Assembly: GCA_038087875.1 (NCBI GenBank) | Contig: CM075977.1 | Coordinates: 198,276,001-198,340,000, forward strand | DNA: 64,000 nucleotides | Direction of reading: 5' to 3' | DNA from: Malacoraja senta | Lineage: Eukaryota | Part shown: piece by piece, positions 49,787 to 61,944 of the stretch | Layout: each line of letters begins with the position of its first letter | Position numbering within the stretch: the stretch's first letter is position 1 | Notes under the pieces: model-generated | Databases searched by the model: none | Seen by the model: the letters and a program-made list of their open reading frames with translations, nothing else | What the model was told of the DNA's origin: nothing | Translations under genes and position numbers: made by a program

Positions 49787-50442
49787 CTTGGAGAAGGAAA
49801 AAATTCAATTAAATTCATTGAATGAATCACAGTTGATGGTGTGTGCGGATAGAGTCCATCTGAATGGGGATTGGAAGGACACACCTAGGAGACTGCAGTG
49901 AAATATTTGCAGATATGATAGTGTGTTTGAGAAGCACATGGATCTACAGGGAATGGAGGGATATGGATCATGTGTCGGCAGATGATATTAGTTTAACTTA
50001 CAATACCATTATGTTCTGCACAGATATTGAGGGCCAAAGGGCCTGTTCCTGTGCTGTACTGTTCTATGTAATATTCAGTGAGAAAACATACAGGTTCCCG
50101 GAGTCGATGTGAATGAAAGAGACGGATGTAAATACCCCAGGGCAGTCTGTGGATCTTTGCAACACAGACCATGCCACAGACACAGGGACTGGAGGTTCAG
50201 CAGGTGAATGTGGGTCTGAATCTCTGATCCTGCTGCAGGGAGCTCTGTGCATCCTGGCTGGAATCAGCACTGTTTTCCAACCACTGGGGGCAGTGCTGAG
50301 CAAGGGAAGCCCAGGGCAAGGAATGGAACCTACAATGGATTGGGCCGATCTCGGCTCCAGCTGTCAGTGGATCTCATGTCCTCTTACAGTTGTTAATGTG
50401 ATTTTATCGTTCACAGCACAACACAGACAGATCTTTCCTTAC

Positions 50443-50805
50443 CCACAACCTCCAGTTTCGTCTCATCCTGAGTCACCGTCTCCTGTGTGGAATTCCTGAC
50501 CCAAACGTAACAGAAATAGTCACTGCTGTCGTTCAGTCTGAGCTCCTTCACTCTGATAGAGGCGTCTCCCTGGTCTAGTTTTCCCACCAGCTCATGTCGA
50601 CCTCCTCCCTTTACAGTGACAGTGTAGGGAGGGTTCACAGAGTGGGGGTGAGTGTGATTAAAGACTGTGGACTCTTCCTGTGGATTCCCCTTCATCCAGC
50701 GGACAGTGATGGGGCTGGGATTCTTGTTCAAGTTGCTGAAGAAGCAGGGCAGTGTGGCTGAATCTCTTCTCTTCCCAATCACCATGGATGTGTTCTTCTT
50801 TCCAT
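50443..50805 (-). CDS. Ig V-set exon C, Siglec-15-like, lacks the essential Arg (YFCYV)
   Basis: 363 bp, AG/GTAAG, phase 1-1, open. ATLPC..W.KG.P..VF..DASIRV..L..D..YFC. Confidence 0.9.
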
Positions 50806-51038
50806 CTTGTATAGAGAAAAGTTGTATTTAACAATCTATTCCACATGGTTTATAAAACTACATCATCCATGCCTGTGACTTTGATTCTCCATCCCACTCC
50901 CACTCTGATCTGTCTGTCTCAGACCTCCTGGACTGTTCTAACGAGGCCCAATCTCAAGTAACAACACCTCATCTTCTGTCTGGGCAGCATGAAGCCTTTG
51001 TGCTAACATTTAAAGCAACAATTTTAATAACTTGCTTA

Positions 51039-51445
51039 AGAGCCAGTCCATCATACGCGATTTTGTAGGTGACTACAGGCGACTGGGTAGTCACCACACG
51101 GTCGCCGGGTGTCACCTGTATGGTTGTGAGTCGTCTCCTTAAGTCGCCCAAAGAGTCGTAGCATTTTTCTGGTCACCGCTGCATTTTGAAATGGTGAAAA
51201 CTTTTCGGCGACACTCGGCGACCTTGGGCTTGTCGTAGCTTGTCTTCTCCTGACGTAGATGCTGTCGTAGGTTGTCGCCAGGATAATGTATGTTGTCGCC
51301 AGGATAACGTAGGTTGTCGCCGGTGCTGACCTCGGTGAATTCAATTGGCGACTACCTACGTCAACCTACGTCAACCGGCGACAGGTACCGGCGTCAAGAG
51401 AAGTCTTCAGTTGTCTTCAGTTGTCACCAAAGTGGGACAGGCCCT
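51039..51445. mobile_element. PIF/Harbinger-type MITE
   Basis: Right TIR AGTGGGACAGGCCCT, degenerate left TIR AGAGCCAGTCCA, TSD TTA. Confidence 0.75.
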
Positions 51446-51596
51446 TTACTGTTTGTATAAGAACTGGCCAGAACTGCCTCAGAAGTCAATAGTACCTGAC
51501 CCATACCACCATAACCATAGGCTGATGACAATATCACTGGAGATGCCACAAGACTCCCGTCAACACCAACATTGGAGATGAGACAGTGACGTTCAC

Positions 51597-51690
51597 CTCT
51601 GTTCAAACATGAGAAAGTGAAGCCAATTGCAAGAGTACAGTCCACATAAGTGGCAGCTCAAATATCAAACCCACTCATGGGCTGTAGTGT
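51597..51690 (-). pseudogene. Decayed paralog of the TM exon (cassette B); C2 part missing
   Basis: DI*AATYVDCTLAIGFTFSCLNRG aligns to AIRAAIYAVYFLIIGFTFCWLKRG, with TGA (51658-51660) at the Arg position. Confidence 0.75.
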
Positions 51691-51997
51691 GCTTATTGAA
51701 AATGCAAGAGTATCATGAGGAGGGCAGATAAACGTAGAACTGCCGAAAGATTCTGCAATTTTTAATCTAAATACAGATATAGGCAGAGAAATGGCAGATG
51801 GAGTTTGATCTGAACATGTGTGAAGTGTTGACTTTGGGAGGTTGAATGCAAGTGGAAAGTAGACAACGGCAAGACCCTTAAAACCACTGATGTACAGAAA
51901 AATATTGGGATCCAATTCCATAACTCCCTGAAAATGGCAACATGTTAAAAACGTGTACAGTATTCTTGTTTAATTGGTCAAGGTACTGAATACAAGA

Positions 51998-52205
51998 TGT
52001 GTAGGAAGGAACTGCAGATGCTGGTTAAAACCGAAGATGGACACAAAAAGCTGGAGTAACTCAGCGGGACAGGCAGCATCTCTGGAGAGAAGGATGGGTC
52101 ACGTTTTGGGTTGGGAAGAAGATACTCAACCCAAAACGTCATCCATTCCTTCTCTCCAGAGATGCTACCTGTCCCGGTGAGTTACTCCAGCTTTTAGTGT
52201 CGATC
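51998..52205. mobile_element. Palindromic Penelope-terminus-derived short element
   Basis: 14-bp TSD TACTGAATACAAGA (51984-51997, 52206-52219). Confidence 0.85.
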
Positions 52206-52847
52206 TACTGAATACAAGAGTCAGGAAGTCATGTTGTAGCTCTATACAACTTTAGTTACGACACTGGGATTATTGCATTCAGTTTTATGTGCAGTTCTCA
52301 CCCATTACAGGAAGGATGTGGAGACTTTGGAAAGGGGTCAGAAGAGGTTTACCAGAATGCTGCCTGGATTAGAGGGTATTAGTTATATGAAAAGGTCGGA
52401 CATACTTGAACTGCTTTCTCTGGACTGTTGAAAGTTTATAAAAATATGAAAGACATGGATAGGAGAGAGAGTCAGAACCTTTTGCCTGTGGCAGAAATGT
52501 CAACGAATAGACGGTATTGTGATAAGGACAGAGGGGAAAAGATGAAAGGAGATATGTGGGGAAAGTTATTGTTTACACAGAGGGTGGTGGGTGCCAGGAA
52601 AATACTGCTAGGGGTGGAGGTGGAGGCAGCTACGATAGTGGAGTTTTAGAGGCTTTTTGAAATGCAGGTAATGGAAGAAATGTATCACCTGCAGGTAGAC
52701 GAGATCAACGTAGCATCATGTTCGGTACAGACATTGCGGGCCAAAGGGCCTGTTCCTGTGCTGGTCTACGCTGTCACTGGGAGCTCATTCCTCTTAAGGT
52801 TGTTCAATATGATATTATCGTTTTCAGCATAACATACGTTTCCTTAC

Positions 52848-53210
52848 CCACAACCTGCAGTTTCATCTCATCCTGAGTCACAGTCGTCAACGTTGAAGTC
52901 CTGACATAAACATGACAGGAGTAATCACTGGCGTCACCCAGTTTGAGTCCCTTCACTCTGATGGAGGCGTCTCCCTGCTCAAGGTTTCCCACCAGCTCAT
53001 ATCGATCTCCTTTATTTACATTTTCAGGAATGCGATGTGCTGCTGGGCGGGGAGAAGTGTGACGAAAGACAACAGACCATTTTGGTGGATTCCCCTTCAT
53101 CCAGCTGATGGTGATGGAGCTGGGATTCCTGTTTGAGGCGCTGAAGGAACAGGGCAGTGTGGCAGTCGCACCCTTCCTTCCAATCACTATGGATGCTCTG
53201 TCATTATCAC
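52848..53210 (-). CDS. Ig V-set exon B, Siglec-15-like, lacks the essential Arg (YSCHV)
   Basis: 363 bp, AG/GTAAG, phase 1-1, open; paralog of exons A and C. Confidence 0.9.
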
Positions 53211-53554
53211 CTTGCATAGAGAAGAGTTTTAAAGTGTGAATATGATTTAATATTTGAATACAATAAGCACACGGTCTTTATCAATAGTTCATCCATACTT
53301 GTGACTTGGATTGTCCATCCCATTCTCACTCTGATCCATCTGCTCCTGACCTCCTGCACTATTCTAATAAGGGCCAATCTCAAGTAAAGACATCTCAGCT
53401 TCAGTCTGGACAAGATGGAGCCTTGACCTTGAAGACCAGGAACCAGAGAGGAGGATGGAGGGTGACTAATGGAGCGGTTAACTGAATTAGGAGGGGTGGG
53501 GGTCTTAGGGTCTGCACCCGAAGCTCATCTGAGGGAGGCACGGTTCATAGGATC

Positions 53555-54575
53555 TTACGCGATAGGAGTAGAATGAGACCATTCGGCCCATTAAGTCTAC
53601 TCCGCCATTCAATCGTGGCTGATCTATCGTTCCTAACTCAATTCTCCTGCCTTCTCATAACCTCTGACACCCGCACTAATCAGGAATCTATTTATCTCTG
53701 CCTTAAATATATCCACTGACTTTACCTCCACAGCCTTCTGTGGCAAAGAATCCCATAGATTCAACCCACTCCGACGAACGAAATTCCACCTCATCTCCTT
53801 CCTAAAAGAACGTCCTTTAATGCTGAGGCTAAAACTGCTCATCTTAGACTCTCCCACTAGTGGAAACATCCTCCCCACATCCAAGCCTTTCACTATTCTG
53901 TCTGTTTCAATGAGGTCCCCCCTCATTCTTCTAAACTCCAGCAAACATAGGCCCAGTGCCGTCAAATATTTATCTGATGTTATCCTACTCATTCCTGGGA
54001 TCATTCTTGTGAACCTCCTCTGGACCCTCTCCAGAGCCAGCACATCCTTCCTCAGATATGGTGCCTAAAATTGCTCACAATATTCCAAATGTGGCCTGAC
54101 CAGCGCCTGAAAGAGTCTCAGCATTACATCCCTACTTTAGTATATAAGCCCTCTTGAAATAAATGCTAGCATTGCGTTTGCTTTCTTTACAACTGATTCG
54201 ACTTGCAGATTAACTTTTTGGGAAACCTGCACCAGCATTCCCAAGTCGCCTTGCACCTCCGATTTCTGGAGTCTCTCTCCATTTAGAAAATAATCAACGC
54301 CTTTAATCCTATTAGCAAAATACATGACTCCACACTTTTCAACACTTTTCCGTCTGCCACTTCTCTGCCCACTCTCCAAACCTATCCAAGTTCTTCTGCA
54401 GAGTCCCTGCTTTCTCTGCACTACCTGCCCCTCCACCTATTTTCGTATTATCCGCAAACTTAGCCACAAAGCCTTCAATCCCCTCATCTAAATCAATAAT
54501 ATACAGCGTGAAGACCAGCGGCCCCAGCACCGAGCCCTGCGGAACTCTGCTAGTAACTGGCAGCCAACCAGAAAA
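53555..54575 (-). mobile_element. Degenerate CR1 LINE RT fragment
   Basis: VPQGSVLGP, KFAD, LERVQRRFTRMIPG. Confidence 0.9.
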
Positions 54576-55018
54576 GGCCTGGGTAACCGAATTAGGAGTG
54601 GTGGCGTTTTTTAACTTCCGCGCCTTAATCACATCTGCGGGAGGAACCCCCCCACCGCACACCTCCCCTGGGGAAGAAGGGCTGAAGAGGGCTGTGCAAG
54701 GTGAGGGTCAATATTCCAGGACAACTGGAATGGAGGGGGTGGCTGCAATGGGCCTCTGTGGCCACTGCAACGAGGACTGTAAAATGGTGCAAAATGGCAA
54801 CTGTTGCCCAGACTCAGTGGGTTCTTCTGTATATTATGTACTAACCGGGGGGATTGTGCTTATTGATGTAAGGTGATATTCTTACTGATCTGTATGAAAA
54901 AATGTATTTCACTGTACTTGGTACATGTGATAATAAAGAAACCATTGAACCGAAAATAGACACAAAATGCTGGAGTAATTCAGCGGGCAGGAAGTATCTC
55001 TGGATAGAGTGCATGGGT

Positions 55019-55046
55019 GACGTTTCGGGTCGTGACTCTTCTTCAG
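55019..55046 (-). ncRNA. Minimal hammerhead core (one stem II mismatch)
   Basis: Reverse complement CTGAAGA-A-GAGTC-AC-GACCC-GAAAC-GTC. Confidence 0.5.
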
Positions 55047-55900
55047 GAGAACTGAGTCAGTATCACAGATGCTGTAGAACTCGCCAGTTTTGATACAAAC
55101 AGCGGGCAAATCACCAGAAATTGTTCTATTCAAGGTTGACCCATTGAACCATTGAGTCAACATTGAATACAACAATTTCTGGTAACTTTCCCGTTGTTTT
55201 TATCAGAAGTTCTACAGCAGGTTATCCATCTGTGATACTGACTCAGTTCTCCTCTCTCCACTGACACTGCCTGATCTGCTGGGTGTTTCTTGCAGCTCTG
55301 ACGTGCATTTTGCAGCTCTGGTTTATATCTTTGTTTGTGTTCTCTGTCTCCAGTTACCTTCCTTAATTTATCAACCAGATAATTTCATCAACACCCCTCT
55401 ATACAACCTCTGCAACTTCAGCTAATTTATTTTAAGTTGCAATAATCGTTGAGAGAATAACTGATTAATATTCCATTTTGCTTATCTTCAGTAGAACTGG
55501 TTACTGATAAAAGAGAGAAAATGTATCATCCAAAATTCTTGAATTCAATGGAGTCTGCAATGATGCAGTGAGCCCTGTTCTTCAAATTGCATGAGACTGG
55601 TTATAAGGAAGTCACAAAAAATAGTCAGAGGGGGAATTGCATGGATGATTAAAATTACAAGCAACAGAAAGCTCAGGATTAACCATGTAGATTGAATAAA
55701 AGGTTTTCCCTCGTTCCCCCGCCCATCAACTGCATTTATTCCTTGGGAAAGCAGCCAACATAATCAAGGATCACTCACACCCGAGTTACTCTCTCTTCTC
55801 CCCTCCCCCATTACCAGAACCAGAGGCTGACAACAATGTCACTGGAGGTCCCATGATTCTCCCATGAACACCAGCAATGGAGATTAGACGTGATGTTCAC

Positions 55901-56048
55901 CTATGTTGAACCACTAGAAAGTGAAGCCAATCACAAGAAAGTAGACTCAATAAACGGCAGCTGAAATGATCAACCTGTCCATTCCCTCCCGCACACACAG
56001 GTATCTCCAGATACATAATCACCATCGCTCCAAGATGGTGGCTGAAGC
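55901..56048 (-). pseudogene. Decayed C2/TM exon paralog (cassette A) with the C2 domain internally deleted
   Basis: Keeps the acceptor and CAGCCACCATCTTGGAG start, then jumps to the TM-homologous IISAAVY*VYFLVIGFTF*WFNIG (two stops). Confidence 0.75.
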
Positions 56049-56248
56049 CTAGAGAGGGATAAAAGTCAATTACATTCACTGTTATTCATTGGTGCAGGGG
56101 GAGAACCAGGAAGGGGTGAAGATTTGAAAGAGACCCAGCAGGGGAATGGAGTGAAATATTCAGAGAGGAAACAGAACGAAGCTGATTCTTCTCACCGTTG
56201 TTCAATGTGATTTTATCATTTACTCCTCAACACTGACTGTTTCCTTAC

Positions 56249-56611
56249 CCAAAACCTGTAGTTCCGTCTCATCCTGAGTCACCTGAATATTCTGAGGGAA
56301 TTTCCAGATCCAAACATGACAGAAATAGTTGTTGGTGTCATTCAACGTGAGTCCCCTCACTCTGATGGAGGCGTCTCCCTTGTCTAGGTTTCCCACCAGC
56401 TCATATCGACCTCCTCTATATACATTGTCAGTGCCATGACTGCTTGTGGGGTCGGAGCGGGTATGATTAAAGACAACGGACTCTTCCCATGGAGTCCCCT
56501 TCATCCAGAGGATAGTGATCACCCTGCTCTTTGCGCTCGAGGGGCTGAAGGTGCATCTCAGTGTGGCACCACCTCCTCTCTTTCCGATCACCATGGATGC
56601 GCTGACATCAC
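56249..56611 (-). CDS. Ig V-set exon A, Siglec-15-like, lacks the essential Arg (YFCHV)
   Basis: 363 bp, AG/GTAAG, phase 1-1, open. Confidence 0.9.
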
Positions 56612-56711
56612 CTCGTATAGAGAATGATTTAAAATATGGACATCATTCATTGGTCGAATGCATTAACCACATTTTCTTCATCAATACTTCACCTGTGTCT
56701 GTGACCATGTT

Positions 56712-56919
56712 GATAGACACAAAATGCTGGAGTAACTCAGCGGATCAGGCAGCATCTCTGGAGAAAAGGAGTACGTGATGTTTCAGAATGGAACCCTTCT
56801 TCAGACCTGAAGAAGAATCTATTCCATTTCTCCATAGATGCTGCCTGGCACGTTGTGTTACTCCAGCATGTTGTGTCTATCTTCGGTATAAATCAGCATC
56901 TGCAGTTCCTTCCTACACA
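56712..56919. mobile_element. Palindromic Penelope-terminus-derived short element
   Basis: 14-bp TSD TCTGTGACCATGTT (56698-56711, 56920-56933). Confidence 0.85.
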
Positions 56920-58439
56920 TCTGTGACCATGTTTCTCCATCCCACTCCCACTCTGACCCATCTGTCCCTGACCCTCCTGCGCTGCTCTAGAGCGGTGAAA
57001 TGTAACTGTAAATGTAACTTCATCTTCTTTATAAATAATATGCAGAATTCTCAAATCAACTTGAATAATTGCAGGTGACCTGCTTGTATTTTTATATAAC
57101 CTACAATGTTGCTAAATCACGCCTAAAACCTTGGAACATTGTGGTGTCAGTCCTGCCCCTCGCTCACCAAAACTCTAATGGCCACAACATCATATTTCCA
57201 TGCATTAATTCAAACTCTACATTCATCTGCCTTACACATAATACGCATAGCATTGAAATAAACACACTTCAGCCCATCAGTTCCACTGTGTTCATTAACC
57301 TGGCCCTGCCAGCCCTTCTGATCAGTCTTAAGCTGAAGTCTACATCCCATTCAATTCCTCCACCTGCTCCAGTTCCCAACCTTCTGCCAAACTAGATTAA
57401 ACCCTCCTAAGTGGCAGCAACACACCTTCCTACATGGATATTGTCGCTCCTCCAATTGACTCTGCATTCAGACCTGATTCATTTTACAGCAATTTATGTT
57501 TTAATTCTTGATGAAGGGGAAGTTCTGTTGTCAATGTAAGTGGAGTTTAGGGTTAGGGTGGATAATATATCTAGAAGGATTGATAAGGAAGGATCCAGTG
57601 GATGTAGTATACCTCTACTACGTTTTCTACTGCATGTTGTACTACATGTTCATTTTCCATCGAATGTAACAAGATTGCAGATGGAATATGAAAAGGTGGA
57701 GAAGGTGTGTGTGATAAATATTGACAGACACACACCGAGTGATAATACCTACACAGAAATGAAGATAAGATAGTTAAACAGAACAATGCTCAAGGGTTCC
57801 ATGGAACATGTGGAGAACTTACAAGACACAGTTAAATAAAACAAATGTGACACATTGAGGCAATGGTTAGTGAAGTGAGAGACGCTGGGCTCAATGATGA
57901 AAGCATGAAGTACAAGATTACGATAGCTACATTGCCATAAAACAGAACAAATCAGGAGAGAAACAGATGATTGTCAGGTTGATGGGAAAAGTTACAATAA
58001 AGACATGTATTTTATGTTGCAGAGAAGTGGGAAGGTGGAGGAATCTGTGATAGGTTGGGGACAGGATTGCCCTGGTGATCGGCTGTTGTGGTCACTTGTT
58101 TGGTAAGTGAATAAGAGTAAATATAGGGGTGAAGGCTGTGTTGAACCTGTTCAACTACAAGAGATTTGTTTCCAATTCCAGTCATCACTCTCCAGGATGT
58201 CAAGGATGAGAGAGGATGCATAAAAGTTCCTTCAGAGTCACCTCCAGGTTTAGACTGGAAAAGCTGGTTCAGTCTTCTTGGAAAGTCGAGACGAGATTCG
58301 ATTGAAGTGGACACAATAACAACTAGTTTCGAAGACAAGGAGACAGACTTAAATTGTCATGAACATAAGCAAAAATGATGCAAAGTACATTTCATTAATC
58401 CAGGGCCTCACTGCCTGTGAGGTTGGTAGATTCAAACAA

Positions 58440-59430
58440 TGCTTCAGATAGAGAGATTGCCGATACTGCTGTTGTTGAATGAATATAAGATAATGATGAG
58501 TCAATGTACAGGAGGCAGACCCATAATCTGGTTGAGTGCTGCCAGAACAATGATCTTGCTGTGAACTTGAGCCAAACCAAGGAGTTCATTGTTGACTTGG
58601 GGAAGGGAAAACCTAGATTCCATCAACCTGTTATCATTGGGAGCACGACAGTGGTGAGAGTGAAGAGCTTCAAGTTCCTGGACATGCACTTCACTGAGTT
58701 TTCCAGGGCCCAGTACATTGATGCAATCACAAAGTAAGCTCATCAGCTCTTCCAATTCCTCAGATGTTTGAGTCACATCACCAAATGCACTATAACTTCT
58801 ACAGGTGTACCGTGGACCATACTGACTGGTTACTTCACAGCCTCCTTTGGTAACCAGAATGCCCCAAAAACCAAGGAGGCTGCAGAAAGACATTGCCCAG
58901 TCCATCATGGATTTCAACCTCCACAACAATGAAAGGACTTACAGGTGTTGCCTCAAGTGGGCAGCCAATATCACAGTTGCACAGAACACGGCTTGATCTC
59001 CTCTTGTTGCTACTGCCAGGTAGAAGGTACAGGAAATGTGAACCATTACCTCCAGGTTCAAGAAGACAATCTTGCCATTAAACAGGTTGTTTTGATATCA
59101 CTATAGATCTCCCTCCTGAACTGTGATTCAGCAATCCTGTTATTCATCCATACAGATGAGTGCTGAAGTTTGGTTGTGTTTAGGTTCATTGTTGCATCAT
59201 CAGGTTCTTGAACCAAGACTGAGCACCAAACTATTGTGTACTTTGTATAAGGTTGCACTAAGTACTTCAAATGTTAATCAAATGCTTTTACCATGTATAA
59301 CTGATATTGTATTATTGTTTGCTGTAAAGTTATTATTATGTTGCATCAATGTACCTGCAAAGTTGCAGCAATGAATAATTGTATTGTTCTAATCCCAGTG
59401 CATATGACTATTAAACACGCCTGACTGGAG
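58440..59430 (+). mobile_element. Degenerate Rex1/Babar LINE 3' fragment
   Basis: LVECCQNNDLAVNLSQTKE..KSFKFL. Confidence 0.75.
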
Positions 59431-60384
59431 TAATTTGGGGGATTGTGTGGAAAGAATGGGGGACTGGGACTGATGGATGTCAATGGACAGAGGGCTCTGG
59501 GGAATAGATGGATTTCACAAGTACTTGTGGAAAGTTTCTTTCCACCTGCTTATGATTCAAAAACCACAGGTTAGGGACTCGGAAAAGCAGTCAGACATTC
59601 AGGACAGAGGTCAAGAAATTCCCTACAAGAATGTTTGTGAACCTACTGAATTTTCCATCCCAGAGTTTAGTTTATTGTCACCTGTACCAAGGTACGGGGA
59701 AAAGCTTTTATTACATGCTAACCTGTCAACGAAAAGACTATACATGATTACAATCAAGCAATCCACATTGTGCAGAAGCTGTGGATAAAAAGTGGTTGAG
59801 TAAGTTCAAACTAAAGGTCCACAGTTTTTCTGGGTCTCATGGAGATCACTGTCTGGGGGATCTCTCAGTGAATGAACAAGGTCCAGAATTAGCCATGATT
59901 TAATGGATGAGAGTTGGTTCGAGCATCTGTGTGCCTGACTCCTTCTCCCATTTCACGTAATAGTCGAAGCATTGTTTTAGAAACCCGGGACTACCCCTAC
60001 CTGTTCACTAACACTGACTGAACAAATGCTGTCTCTCCAATCTGCCAGGGTCAATTTTGATTCTCTGTTTCACCATTCTACACTTAATGCTGCCTCGAGA
60101 AAGTAACCACATTATCAAGGACAACTAATACCCTGACATTCTCACACCCAGTAGATACAAAAACTTGTAATTAGTACCACCAGGTGGAAGAACAACTTCT
60201 TACCTATTGTTAGAGTCTTGAATGGACCTCACAAATGCTAGGGTTGAATTACCCGATCTTCCAATCTACCGCGTTAAACGCTTGCACTACTCTTTAGTAG
60301 CGCTTTCGCTGTAGCTGTCATACTACATTCTCCACTTTGTTTATTTTCTCTTTTACAGTGCCTGATGCACACATCTAAGGTATG

Positions 60385-61085
60385 ATTCTTCCAACCTCAT
60401 CTATTGCATTCTGTGTCCCCAATGTGATGAATACTTGTGTTCAGTCTGCCAAGGCCTGCTGGAGCTCCTCGTTACCTAGCTTTTTAACTCCTCTTTCTGT
60501 TCCCACGCTGACCTGACTGTCACTGGCCTTGTGTATTATCAGCGTGAGAGCAACGCAAACTGGAAGAACAGCAGCTCATGGTCAGCTTGAGTAGCTTATA
60601 ACCCAATCGTATGAACACTGAACTCTCAAAGTTCAAGTAATACCTCCCCCGCCCACCAGCCCACTGTGTACACATTGCTCCCATTATCCCTGTCACACTG
60701 CTCCTTTCTTCTCCCGTATTCATCTCCCATCCTCGAATCCCATAATTCCTTCTATCACAAGTCTTTCCCCTGCCCATCTCCCCCGGCCCATTCCATCCAT
60801 TTACCTCCACCGTTACATTTTGTTTCCTTGTCTGACACCTTTTGTTTCTTTTTCACCACTCGCCATTATCACTGTCCACCCATCTGATAAGCACCTCCCC
60901 TGTGCCCCCCCCCTCCCCACTTCCATCCACCTATCATTGGGCAAGCTTTGCCCCGTTCCTATCTTTCTCCCTACTACTCCATCAGTTTGAAGGGAACCGA
61001 CCCGGATAATTGCCTGTCCATTTCCTCCACCGGTGCTGCTTGACCCACTGTGTCTTCAGCACTTTGTGTGTTGCTCATGGTTCCA
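60385..61085 (+). mobile_element. Degenerate Penelope-like element 3' fragment
   Basis: TCCAACCTCATCTATTGCATT (SNLIYCI), pyrimidine tract, terminal repeat. Confidence 0.7.
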
Positions 61086-61563
61086 GCATCTGCAGTTTCT
61101 AGTGCCTCAATGGTATGATTTGTCTGGATAGCACTCGGAAAAATGTCACTGTATCTCAGTGCACTAGACAATAATAAACCAATACCAATATCTGAAACTT
61201 AACTGGAGGAGACATAATATGTGACTATAACAGCAGGCCAGATGTGGCAATGACATCACCCCATTCCACAGTGACTGTACATCATGGTCAAGGCAGAAAT
61301 GAGGAGTATGAGTGAAGATGGTTATCACAAACTACAGCAGGATCTTGATCAGCGGGGCAAGTGGGTTGAGGGATGGTTAATAGAGTTAAATTCAGTTTAG
61401 TGCAACGAGTTGTATTTTAGGCAGTCAAACCAGGGCATGATCTCCCAGTGATATACCCAACAAGTCAGCAGCTTGAACAATTACCAGCCATGCCAGTAAC
61501 ATCGGAATCACAGGAAGCAGGGAGGAAGACAAATTGTTTGTTTGCAGCACAATAATTCCTCAC

Positions 61564-61944
61564 CTGATACTGTGATTTTCCCATGTTGGCATCCTAACTT
61601 TCCTGCATTTCCCGTGAGCTCAACACGACAGTTGAGGATCTTGTTTGTATCCGTCTTTCTCAGCTGATTAATGATTATGGAAGCATCGTTCTTCCGAGGG
61701 TTCCCCATTGGTTTGTAGCGAGTTTCTACATTATCCAGGATCTCATTTTTATACTTGTTGTTTGATGGATAATTTGTGTATTTGAAAAAGATCTTCTGGA
61801 TGTTCCACTCACTCCAGATGATGCTGATGTTGCCTTTGTATTGATGGTGAGGGTGAGTGAACTTGCAGTACATAACCACAAGCTTCCCCTCCCTCCCCAT
61901 CACCTTGTCCGGTGTCTCCATGGTCCAACCACCGCCACTGGAGC
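61564..61944 (-). CDS. Siglec-15-like V-set exon retaining the sialic-acid-binding Arg
   Basis: 381 bp, acceptor TGTCTTCACAG|, donor G|GTGAGG, phase 1-1. CKFTHPHHQYKG, GNPRKNDASI and CRVELTG match Siglec-15 CTFTHPHRHYDG, GNPRRNDLSL and CRVEFAG. Confidence 0.88.
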
